DNA of 64,000 nucleotides from Veleropilina oligotropha (Eukaryota): NCBI GenBank assembly GCA_048128005.1, contig JBEUKZ010000100.1, positions 248,001 to 312,000 of the forward strand, read 5' to 3'. Shown piece by piece: positions 1 to 9,700 of this stretch (position 1 is its first letter; each line of letters starts with the position of its first letter). The notes under the pieces were generated by a model. It saw only the letters and a program-made list of their open reading frames with translations, ran no database searches and was not told where the DNA came from. The position numbers and the translations under genes were made by a program.

Positions 1-1
1 G

Positions 2-874
2 AGAGAATGGCGCGGCGTCTCTCGCAGGGTCCTCGAACAACAGTAGTATTCCTTTCATCGACCTCGCCGGTACGTTCACATTCATATTCCACAACGAGTC
101 GCTCTTGTCTAGGGTGAGCTTCCGATGCCGGAGAACACGGTCGTACAGGATTACGAGTTGACCCTGGTATTGATTTCGAATCCGTCTGGCAAGCTCGGAT
201 TGGGTTACCATGTCATATTCGAGGGATATATTGTCGATGGAATAGCTGGAACCGGAGTCGTCCGTCTCACGGATAGTCCGGGAGTAGTCGTTGAACGTTA
301 GCTCATACTCGAGACGGTCTCCAAGGGCGCTTTGATAGAATGGCATGTGACTTTCCAACAGCTCGAAATCCAGCGGGATGCGGAATCGGTTACCGTACGC
401 GGCCGCGACCGCGACATCCTCAGACAGTCTAAAGGCGTCTGCCGCGCCAACACGATGCTTCGTAGTGTTGTGTCCATCGCTGGTATCAATCCCCTGGTAC
501 TGGGCGTTCTTGCGCTCCCCGGTGGTCTTCCAGAGATCGCAGTAGCAGTGGTACACGTCGGAGTCGTCAATCGACATGATCTCGTTTCCACTTATCTTTA
601 TCGTGGTCTTTCTGATCACGGCACGGCCGATATTTTGCACTACAGTCCTATTCGCATTTACCGAGGTCAGAGAGATGGTAAATGCAAGGTGGGCAGTCCC
701 TGGAACGATCACGTCATTCGCCCCGAGATTAGGGAACCGAACCAGGAGCTGCTGGTTCGGGGCAATCGTTGATGGATTGTTTGTAATCGTGACCGACTGG
801 CGGATGCCCTTGACTGCGAGGGGCTCACGCAGCCTGCGGTATGGATTAAGCTTGCGTCCGTATACGCTAGTCAT
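2..874 (-). CDS. Putative major capsid protein (double jelly-roll/hexon-like), 3' end truncated by the window edge
   Basis: Absent from the ORF track because it has no stop inside the window. Hand translation from ATG 874: MTSVYGRKLNPYRRLREPLAVKGIRQSVTITNNPSTIAPNQQLLVRFPNLGANDVIVPGTAHLAFTISL...YGNRFRIPLDFELLESHMPFYQSALGDRLEYELTFNDY...YSIDNISLEYDMV...VNVPARSMKGILLLFED. The beta-strand pattern resembles Polinton/adintovirus capsid proteins. Confidence 0.7.
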   Translation of the reverse strand, partial: MTSVYGRKLNPYRRLREPLAVKGIRQSVTITNNPSTIAPNQQLLVRFPNLGANDVIVPGTAHLAFTISLTSVNANRTVVQNIGRAVIRKTTIKISGNEIMSIDDSDVYHCYCDLWKTTGERKNAQYQGIDTSDGHNTTKHRVGAADAFRLSEDVAVAAAYGNRFRIPLDFELLESHMPFYQSALGDRLEYELTFNDYSRTIRETDDSGSSYSIDNISLEYDMVTQSELARRIRNQYQGQLVILYDRVLRHRKLTLDKSDSLWNMNVNVPARSMKGILLLFEDPARDAAPFS

Positions 875-910
875 GGCTGAATTAGATGCGTATCCCACTG
901 ATGTATTCAA

Positions 911-2224
911 ATGGCGGAATTCGATAACCCCGCATTCGAGCCGGACGATCTCATCGACAACGATGATACCATCATCGACGATACTGATGTGGATCTATCC
1001 ACCGACCGGTTTATGCCTGTTCTTTCGGAACGGCCACAGGAAGGAACCAGCAGTCTTCAGCAAGAGCTCGTTCAGGGCGTAGTTGACGACTACTACAAAG
1101 CCCTGGCACAGGAGGGGCAGACCCCAGCCGCAGGGCGAGATTATTCAAAATTCAAGTATGTGAGGGGAAAATTAGGGCGGGGTGGAAAATTGGTGATGAC
1201 GGACTACCCCGACATCAATCTCATAAATTCTCGCACCGGCAACCCCTTGGCGTTGTCAACAATAGCTGGCCGGCCTGGTGGGGGTGATGCAATCCGTGAA
1301 GGGTTGGGTTTTGTACACTGGACGCGGGGGGGACAAAAGCCGTCCTCAAAAGCGGTTGCAGCTCTTCAGACAGCCGACAACGAGTTGAGCGGTGCGGCCG
1401 CTAATGTCGAAAACATAGAACTGCGGGACTTGGGGCAGACTGCTACTGATGCCTCGGTAGCAATCCACACGATGGAGACGAAATTCACTGATGCCGAGGT
1501 TGAAGAGATCTTAGGCACAATGGGGGACCCTCCATTAAATCTTCGCGAGCTTCGCGGACTTGACAAGGCGATGCAGACCATCCGAGGCGAACTAACCAAC
1601 AATCTAGCCAAACTAACGGCGCTGGACGAACACATAGAGCTGGAGAAGATGAAGCTCGATCAGGCAGATGAAGAGGGCGGTGTGGATGAGTTCATCCGTC
1701 GACGGATCGCGGAACGTCTGCGCGACCTGAATGATGAAAGAGCAGCTCGCCTAGAGGCAGCATCATCAAGCCGGGAGGCCCTTCGCTCTCAAATCAGCCG
1801 GATCCGAGAGATGATAAGTCGGATCCTGAACACCGACACAACGCTGGCCGAGCGTATCCGGACCCTGTTCCGCGAGCAAGGGGTCACGATCGCAACAATA
1901 CTGACCGCTATCGGGCTCGCCATCTCGACTTTGGTACTAGCCCTGACAGGTGGAGCGCCGAGCCCGCCAACGCCACCACCACCTCCCAGTGGTCAGGGCG
2001 GGGTCAAGGAGTGGGTCAAAAAGCAGCTGCAGAACCTGGGAAGGATTCTAGGCAAACTAGCAGGGAAGGCCGCAGCCGCGCTCCCAGGAATACTTGGAAG
2101 CCTGGTCTCCTGGCTAATCAACCTGATTGGCAAGACAGCATCGTGGCTCGCTGAAAACCTATGGGCACTGGTCATATCAGTTGGGGGCTTGCTTCTTATT
2201 GCCGCTAGACAGTGGGTCACGTAA
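911..2224 (+). CDS. 437 aa coiled-coil protein with C-terminal hydrophobic and amphipathic helices (candidate membrane-active virion protein)
   Basis: Long intact ORF: acidic N-terminus, charged coiled-coil middle, hydrophobic helix VTIATILTAIGLAISTLVLAL, poly-Pro linker, amphipathic helices and a C-terminal hydrophobic segment. Confidence 0.75.
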   Translation: MAEFDNPAFEPDDLIDNDDTIIDDTDVDLSTDRFMPVLSERPQEGTSSLQQELVQGVVDDYYKALAQEGQTPAAGRDYSKFKYVRGKLGRGGKLVMTDYPDINLINSRTGNPLALSTIAGRPGGGDAIREGLGFVHWTRGGQKPSSKAVAALQTADNELSGAAANVENIELRDLGQTATDASVAIHTMETKFTDAEVEEILGTMGDPPLNLRELRGLDKAMQTIRGELTNNLAKLTALDEHIELEKMKLDQADEEGGVDEFIRRRIAERLRDLNDERAARLEAASSSREALRSQISRIREMISRILNTDTTLAERIRTLFREQGVTIATILTAIGLAISTLVLALTGGAPSPPTPPPPPSGQGGVKEWVKKQLQNLGRILGKLAGKAAAALPGILGSLVSWLINLIGKTASWLAENLWALVISVGGLLLIAARQWVT

Positions 2225-3497
2225 GCCAAATGAACGCTAGGCCAACGACAATGCCGCCCACGATAAGTGCGGTTTTCTCCTCGTCATGTGCCGCTGGAAC
2301 AGCCGCCACTGAGGCCACAGCTGGCAGAGAGCTTGGATGCTTCGGAGTAACTACCGGTATGCTTGCATCTGCGTCTTGTGGAATAACCAGTCCTGTTTCT
2401 CCAGTATCCCCAGTGGCGTTGGGCGGCACACTGGCCGCGTTCACCGTAGTATTAAGACCGAGTGTCTGGTCTTCCGTGGCGACGACGATCTCATTGTTAT
2501 AACCAGCCACCTGCCCGATCCGTAGAAGCATGTTACTTGGCGCCATGTACAGGCCAACGCCGAATACGAAGTCCACTTTGGACCTCGCATACTGGAGCAC
2601 CTCTTGGTACCGTTTGATGGCTGCTGGGAGGTCAACGGGGGATGCGATGGCGTCTTCCACGTTCGCCAGGAACTGTTTCTGTGCGTCAAACGCCGTCCCA
2701 CTACCCAGAATACTTGCACGCGTTTGAGCCTGCGCTCCAAGAATAGCCCAGACGTAGGTCCTGATGGAATCATTGAGCCTTTCCACGCCGGCCCTCGTGA
2801 ATCCCACCGACCTGTCCAGAATAAAAGTAGCCCAACCGTTTTTAAGTGCAGGCGCTTGCGCGATGTAGTCCACGTGCAGATTCGTGTTGGTCGTACCTTT
2901 GGTGAAGGACATTCGGCTTGGATCATAGTCACGTCCGATGGGGTGGTAGCCGTTGTTCGTCCAGTAGCTGTAAGCGGTGCCTAGTCCGCCGTTGGGACCC
3001 TTGACACGCCAGTCGGTATGGGGAGACACCCCAAATTCGCTGCAGATCTTCTCATATGCCCTGCGGTCATACGGGTTGTCGAATGCATCCCACGTCCGGT
3101 CCTGTGGCAGCGGCGCCTGAATTTCGGATAAGATTCGTCTGACCTGATAGTAGACGTGGAAGGTGAATACAGCAGTGGAGAGGGGGTCGGTCGCATTTAA
3201 GTGGTCTTCTGAGGAGATTCCGGAACCTGTTGTGGCACACCAAACTGCGAAATTGACCTTGTTCTGCCAGAACCTCATCGGCGTGCTGTTCCAATCCCTT
3301 ATCAGCCCGTCACTAGCGACATGAGGGAGGCGGTATTTCTGAAAGACGTCAGGGTATGTTGCCCCGAATGTAGTGGTTGAGCTATTACCCACATTGATGC
3401 TTGGTCTCGTAAGCTGCTCATCTTTGATCTTTGCTGGGTACACCACACCGGTCGGATAGGCCGCACTCCTATTAAACGCAAAGGCGCTCTTAGCCAT
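2217..3497 (-). CDS. 426 aa element-encoded protein with C-terminal membrane anchor, function unknown
   Basis: Long intact ORF; Pro/Ala-rich stalk followed by the terminal hydrophobic tail ALIVGGIVVGLAFIWLT. Confidence 0.75.
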   Translation of the reverse strand: MAKSAFAFNRSAAYPTGVVYPAKIKDEQLTRPSINVGNSSTTTFGATYPDVFQKYRLPHVASDGLIRDWNSTPMRFWQNKVNFAVWCATTGSGISSEDHLNATDPLSTAVFTFHVYYQVRRILSEIQAPLPQDRTWDAFDNPYDRRAYEKICSEFGVSPHTDWRVKGPNGGLGTAYSYWTNNGYHPIGRDYDPSRMSFTKGTTNTNLHVDYIAQAPALKNGWATFILDRSVGFTRAGVERLNDSIRTYVWAILGAQAQTRASILGSGTAFDAQKQFLANVEDAIASPVDLPAAIKRYQEVLQYARSKVDFVFGVGLYMAPSNMLLRIGQVAGYNNEIVVATEDQTLGLNTTVNAASVPPNATGDTGETGLVIPQDADASIPVVTPKHPSSLPAVASVAAVPAAHDEEKTALIVGGIVVGLAFIWLT

Positions 3498-3504
3498 AGC
3501 TACT

Positions 3505-4245
3505 ATGTTTCACACATTAACAAACGTTCAAGAGGGGACCGCGGTTGCCCTCCTGGAGCCGATTGATAACCGGGACGGCAAGCTATGTGTCAGCTTGCAG
3601 TCGCTCGACTATTGGGTAGGCTGGCACAACGTGCATGCCGGAGCCTTCTTTAAGACACCGGATACCACGGTCGACGTGGCACCAGGTTTCTACAGCTTCG
3701 ATGACCTCGCCAAGACGATGAAGAGGTCGCTAGTTAACCTACAACTAGATGTAAGCCATGCTACAGGGCTCGCCCGAATCGTGGTCCCAGAGGGGACTCG
3801 ACTCGCGATAAGCGACGATATACGAAAACTCCTCGGCTTAGACCTCTCTTCGTTTATTCTCGATAAAGCAGGGAATCTGAACCAACCGGTTCGGGGAGTA
3901 CAGGGCCAACCACCTCCCCCTCCGGAGAGATCCGAGTGGCTACGCCCTGGGACTTATGACGGGAATAAGCCTGTCGGGTTTGCCATAGCGCCAACCCTGC
4001 ACGTTCACCTGGAGCAGCTTAGTACAACGCACAATGTGCAGGACGGCGCCCCGAGCACTATTCTCGCGGTGGTCCCTATCACGTCGCAGATGTTCGGTGA
4101 AGCTGGCCACTATCATAGCTATCCCGCCGGCCGGCGACTACAGGCCGGGCTAATCACAGAGTTGAAGGTTTACATCACAGACTCAGATGGTAAACCGCTC
4201 GACAATCACGGTATGCCTATTTCCGCAGTCCTTGCGATACAATGA
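3505..4245 (+). CDS. Putative minor capsid protein (single jelly-roll/penton-like)
   Basis: 246 aa. The C-terminus LHVHLEQLST..N..DGAPSTILAVVP...ITELKVYITDSDGKPLDNHGMPISAVLAIQ matches the pattern I recognise for Polinton minor capsid proteins. Confidence 0.7.
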   Translation: MFHTLTNVQEGTAVALLEPIDNRDGKLCVSLQSLDYWVGWHNVHAGAFFKTPDTTVDVAPGFYSFDDLAKTMKRSLVNLQLDVSHATGLARIVVPEGTRLAISDDIRKLLGLDLSSFILDKAGNLNQPVRGVQGQPPPPPERSEWLRPGTYDGNKPVGFAIAPTLHVHLEQLSTTHNVQDGAPSTILAVVPITSQMFGEAGHYHSYPAGRRLQAGLITELKVYITDSDGKPLDNHGMPISAVLAIQ

Positions 4246-4592
4246 GCAGCATCTACGGGACCCTGCTTGCAGACGAGCCCTCTTCCCCCCCGACCCGGTG
4301 GCACTTTGTCCTTAATTGTGGGGTAGCGCCCAATAAGGGGCTGGCGAGGAGGGAGTTCATGTTTCCAAACACTAGAGGTCGGTTCGGGTTGAACCCAGCC
4401 CTTCTAATGATCCACCTGACGCCGGTCCAGCCGGCCGGGGGCCCCAAGGCATGTTCCATAAGTAAACTCAGCCTGGATTCGGATAAGTTAACCCTCGCCT
4501 TTGTCGTCAAGGCCCCGTGGGTCGGCACTCTGTATTTGAACGTTACAGTAGACATTTTAAACAAACAGGCGGAACAATACAGCCACGTATGA
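4242..4592 (+). CDS. 116 aa hypothetical protein of the element
   Basis: Its ATG overlaps the upstream stop (ATGA 4242-4245) and its own stop overlaps the next ATG (ATGA 4589-4592). Confidence 0.55.
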   Translation: MSSIYGTLLADEPSSPPTRWHFVLNCGVAPNKGLARREFMFPNTRGRFGLNPALLMIHLTPVQPAGGPKACSISKLSLDSDKLTLAFVVKAPWVGTLYLNVTVDILNKQAEQYSHV

Positions 4593-5224
4593 TGGACAAC
4601 AAACCCTCAGCGCCAACGCTGTACCCACAGCTTGGTGGCGATGTGCCTTCGGAACTGCATGAGGCACAGTCTTTCCGACTACAGAAAGTGAATGAGCTTC
4701 AGGGACAGCTAGAGCGAGAACGGGATGCCCGGGCTGCACTATATAAAAAGTACCGACGAGGTGTTAACGTCGTTGACGGTATAGATAACGGACTAGTCGT
4801 CGCCACACTTGGTATGGGTAGCGCTGGAATTGGTCTACTGTCCACAATTGTAGCCGCCCCGGTCGTCCTAGTGCTGGAACTAGCGGCATTAGGGTGTGGG
4901 CTCGCTAGTATGGGTGGAAAGTATATCAGCCGGCGCCTCGGGGTGAAGGCTAAGAAACACGACGAGATTCGAGTCCTGGCCGACAGCAAGCTGAATACCA
5001 TAACCGACCACGTCTCAAAGGCATTATCGGACGGGGTGATGTCTGATGATGAATTCCAACTGGTCACAGGGGAGATGTTGAAATACCAAGCCATGAAGGC
5101 ATCAATTCGGGATAAGAGTAGGAAGGCGCACACCGCGATTTCACAGACCCAGAGCGAGCTTATTGAGCGTGGTCGTTTAGAGGGTCGCGCAGAGCTGCTG
5201 AAAAAAATCGGAGCTGGCGACTAA
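4589..5224 (+). CDS. About 211 aa protein with N-terminal PSAP/LYPxL motifs, coiled coil and central hydrophobic hairpin
   Basis: The track ORF 4517-5224 begins at a non-ATG codon; the likely start is ATG 4589 (MMDNKPSAPTLYPQL...). Hydrophobic core GLVVATLGMGSAGIGLLSTIVAAPVVLVLELAALGCGLASMGG is flanked by helical charged regions. Confidence 0.72.
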   Translation: MMDNKPSAPTLYPQLGGDVPSELHEAQSFRLQKVNELQGQLERERDARAALYKKYRRGVNVVDGIDNGLVVATLGMGSAGIGLLSTIVAAPVVLVLELAALGCGLASMGGKYISRRLGVKAKKHDEIRVLADSKLNTITDHVSKALSDGVMSDDEFQLVTGEMLKYQAMKASIRDKSRKAHTAISQTQSELIERGRLEGRAELLKKIGAGD

Positions 5225-5306
5225 CTATCCAGGTTGAGCGTAGCCACGACTACCCCGCTCCTCCTCCGTATTAAAGCTAGAAATCGACAGTGATATCTGG
5301 ACAACC

Positions 5307-5723
5307 ATGAAATCCATGAAATCTATGCTACTGTGTATTGCCGCGGTGTGCTTTGCCGCGTGGGGTACCACCCAGGCGTCGTCGCGTGACACTGCATTAA
5401 TTCTCGAACACACGTGGGCTAGGTACCGCAACGACCCCCTGTATAACCCCCGATTCGATCACTTGCGAAGAAACTTGCTACGAGACCCACCTCCAGTGCG
5501 GGCACCGTCATGTCACTATTTCATTACCGATGGAGAGAACGATTGTGGCCCAGATCCTAATATCGTTGTGTGTATTGAGTGCGCTGAGCCGTCCTTATGT
5601 CACGGTAAACGTGGGCATTATTTCTCCATGTTATCTACGGGCTGCTTCGGTATGTGGAGAAAAGTCGGACATATCTCACCCTGTAATTGTACTTTAATAT
5701 CGGGCAACTATATATTCATATAA
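5307..5723 (+). CDS. 138 aa Cys-rich protein with signal-peptide-like N-terminus
   Basis: N-terminus MKSMKSMLLCIAAVCFAAWGTTQA; several Cys including CIEC and CNC; last ORF before the terminal non-coding region. Confidence 0.5.
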   Translation: MKSMKSMLLCIAAVCFAAWGTTQASSRDTALILEHTWARYRNDPLYNPRFDHLRRNLLRDPPPVRAPSCHYFITDGENDCGPDPNIVVCIECAEPSLCHGKRGHYFSMLSTGCFGMWRKVGHISPCNCTLISGNYIFI

Positions 5724-6708
5724 ACCAGCTGATTAGGAAATCTCTTGCCTTACAATATGTCACAGCTGGTTATATAAACATTTTCCAGGTCGAAGAGAGC
5801 GACCTTTGTCCGATTTATGAATGAAATACCTCGCATCAATAAGTTACTAGTCGAACCTGGTCACGTGTAGTATTAATACAGCCTGCCGGCTGTCCATTGT
5901 TGACTATCCAGTACAGCCTCAATTACTTAAAATCATGAAACAATAGACGCCTAGTGGATTTCTCAGTGGGTAAATATAAACGCTTGGCCTATCAAGCCAT
6001 GTCTTTACAAATATTTGGTCGCGCCTACGGTTCCATTGTTCTCTCCCTGCTATCAGGCTGGCTGACCTAGATTTTGTCTAACGCATTAGCAAAGAAGTCG
6101 CAAGCTGTCGTATAGGTATTTAGCTGTTGGCGAAAAAGAAAAACAACCTACTGGCATAGATATAAAAATTTTCTGGGCCAGTCAAGAAAGATTGACCCAG
6201 ATTTCTTTTTCTTGTAACCATACTCCCGTTTAGCACAGTTAAAATTTTCTGGTAACCTTGTTTATGTAGTTACCGTATTTTGGTCGAGTCATTCGTCACG
6301 TGGCAATACAGCCTTCTAGATCATTCTAGAATAGACTCGATGATTCTAGAATAGACACCAAGATATCAAGCCCGAATATCACAGAGCCTGTCCGCCGACA
6401 GTCTAGACAGTTCTCGACACGGATACAAACATACACCAGGGCCCGGCCGGGGTAGTGGACTGTCTGTACACACGGTAAGTTTTTGTAATACAAGCCCTAC
6501 CCTCAGTCCCAAAATATAGCTGGGAGCCCCCACAGTGGCCGCCCCGGGGCCCTAGTCTAAACTCCCCTGCTGACTAGTCCGAGCTACCCTGAGTTCTGAA
6601 ATAGGGCTGGGCGCTGTATTTTCCCATTCTAAAAAGTCCAATCACCCCCCCTGCTGCTGCTACATTCAATGTTATTTCTACCTACACCTAATATATAATT
6701 TCCTTTTT

Positions 6709-9700
6709 GGCATTTTCAAACATTCATTTTATCATTTTCTCACTTTGAAAAGAATTAAGAATGTTTTGAATTTCTTTATTAACTATAACATAAATAGTAA
6801 ATTTTAATATTCTATATTATGCATACATCCGGAGGCTTCGCCAACGGATATTCTTTCACGTTTATGGATAAACATATCCTTTTTGCTACAATATAATCAT
6901 TTTCCTGGAGGCTACGCTGAAGGGGGAATTGGGTCAAGGTTTTTTCATGTTCCGGGCCCTTGAGGCTGCGCCGATAGGGCTTGTACTACCTGAAGCTTCG
7001 CTGATGGGAACACAATTGAATTCTATGGTCCATTGAAGCTGCGCTGAAATGACCATTCTTCTGGGGGCTTCGCTGAAGGGAAGAATTCTTGTTCCAGGCC
7101 CTTGACGCTGCGCAAATGGGGTCTGCAGTACCGGAGGCTTCGCCGATGGGAACATGTTAAAAACTTCATCTTCAAACTGTGTGTGCAGACTCGTATCAGC
7201 CCCCAAGGCCAAATTTATAATGCATGATTTTATTATTAATTGTTTTATGGTTTATGTATTGCATATATATGTGTAGATTATCACATACATTTTGGTTTTA
7301 CATAGTGATTGTAAAATATATTCGTGAATTTCAGTACAATATAGTTGTTTTTCAAGTTGAGATAGTGTTTGTTGTTCATAAATGTGAGTTTATTATTTAA
7401 TAAACTATGTTTATGAACATCATAACACCATGCTTTCCACTGCTGTTGGCAGTTGCATTGTTATATCGCATATATAATATATATCTATATACTAGCACAT
7501 CCAGAGAGAATATACAGATACAATTACGTTTAGTAAAGTGGTAAAGCTATTGCTGAAATATCCATGTCTGGGTCCTCTCGCAGACCCTAGTCTTCCGCAG
7601 TGTTAATATACTAAGTGATTAGAATGGACGACACCTGGACACTGACACGCTTACTAGCTATAGCATAGCCTTGATATACTACATGTTCAGGTCCTCGCAT
7701 ATAATTTGGTGGAACACAATACGTCATCGCGTCACTCTGGGAATAACCGTGTATGATTGGCTGAGAAACAGTACCCACTATCCTTTGTCTAAGGAGCTCC
7801 GTCGGCCCTCTCAGAGGCAGTTTGCGCGATTCAAATTAGTTAAGAGTTCTAATCCAACGAACAACTATATCTGCGACTACGCTGTCCACCAGCCGCCCCA
7901 CCACCACCATTTTACTGGGTTGATCAGTTTGCACATACAGAAAACATTCATGAACGAATGTCACTATAAGGCATTTTCAAACATTCATTTTATCATTTTC
8001 TCACTTTGAAAAGAAATAAGAATGTTTTAAATTTCTTTATTAACTATAACATAAATAGTAAATTTTAATATTCTATATTATGCATACATCCGGAGGCTTC
8101 GCCAACGGATATTCTTTCACGTTTATGGATAAACATATCCTTTTTGCTACAATATAATCATTTTCCTGGAGGCTACGCTGAAGGGGGAATTGGGTCAAGG
8201 TTTTTTCATGTTCCGGGCCCTTGAGGCTGCGCCGATAGGGCTTGTACTACCTGAAGCTTCGCTGATGGGAACACAATTGAATTCTATGGTCCATTGAAGC
8301 TGCGCTGAAATGACCATTCTTCTGGGGGCTTCGCTGAAGGGAAGAATTCTTGTTCCAGGCCCTTGACGCTGCGCAAATGGGGTCTGCAGTACCGGAGGCT
8401 TCGCCGATGGGAACATGTTAAAAACTTCATCTTCAAACTGTGTGTGCAGACTCGTATCAGCCCCCAAGGCCAAATTTATAATGCATGATTTTATTATTAA
8501 TTGTTTTATGGTTTATGTATTGCATATATATGTGTAGATTATCACATACATTTTGGTTTTACATAGTGATTGTAAAATATATTCGTGAATTTCAGTACAA
8601 TATAGTTGTTTTTCAAGTTGAGATAGTGTTTGTTGTTCATAAATGTGAGTTTATTATTTAATAAACTATGTTTATGAACATCATAACACCATGCTTTCCA
8701 CTGCTGTTGGCAGTTGCATTGTTATATCGCATATATAATATATATCTATATACTAGCACATCCAGAGAGAATATACAGATACAATTACGTTTAGTAAAGT
8801 GGTAAAGCTATTGCTGAAATATCCATGTCTGGGTCCTCTCGCAGACCCTAGTCTTCCGCAGTGTTAATATACTAAGTGATTAGAATGGACGACACCTGGA
8901 CACTGACACGCTTACTAGCTATAGCATAGCCTTGATATACTACATGTTCAGGTCCTCGCATATAATTTGGTGGAACACAATACGTCATCGCGTCACTCTG
9001 GGAATAACCGTGTATGATTGGCTGAGAAACAGTACCCACTATCCTTTGTCTAAGGAGCTCCGTCGGCCCTCTCAGAGGCAGTTTGCGCGATTCAAATTAG
9101 TTAAGAGTTCTAATCCAACGAACAACTATATCTGCGACTACGCTGTCCACCAGCCGCCCCACCACCACCATTTTACTGGGTTGATCAGTTTGCACATACA
9201 GAAAACATTCATGAACGAATGTCACTATAAGGCATTTTCAAACATTCATTTTATCATTTTCTCACTTTGAAAAGAAATAAGAATGTTTTAAATTTCTTTA
9301 TTAACTATAACATAAATAGTAAATTTTAATATTCTATATTATGCATACATCCGGAGGCTTCGCCAACGGATATTCTTTCACGTTTATGGATAAACATATC
9401 CTTTTTGCTACAATATAATCATTTTCCTGGAGGCTACGCTGAAGGGGGAATTGGGTCAAGGTTTTTTCATGTTCCGGGCCCTTGAGGCTGCGCCGATAGG
9501 GCTTGTACTACCTGAAGCTTCGCTGATGGGAACACAATTGAATTCTATGGTCCATTGAAGCTGCGCTGAAATGACCATTCTCCTGGGGGCTTCGCTGAAG
9601 GGAAGAATTCTTGTTCCACCAGGCCCTTGACGCTGCGCAAATGGGGTCTGCAGTACCGGAGGCTTCGCCGATGGGAACATGTTAAAAACTTCATCTTCAA

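Larger units (their letters stand above)
1..6661. mobile_element. Right arm of an endogenous Polinton/Maverick (adintovirus-like) element; left part outside the window
   Basis: GC-rich, intronless ORFs packed with overlaps, unlike the AT-rich host DNA after 6661. Contains capsid-like and penton-like ORFs. Ends ...CCCCCCCTGCTGCTGCT (5'-AGCAGCAGCAG on the minus strand), resembling Polinton AG-starting short-repeat termini. No pPolB, integrase, ATPase or protease is visible in this window. Confidence 0.75.

Noticed and set aside
298..1082. Track ORFs 298-591, 332-772 and 576-1082
   Set aside because: Alternate-frame or antisense shadows of the longer minus-strand capsid-like ORF (874 to the window edge).
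6934..8009. 92 aa and 112 aa ORFs repeated in the 1261-bp units as genes or VWDE exons
   Set aside because: Non-ATG starts, no recognisable domain and no similarity to the expected next exons.
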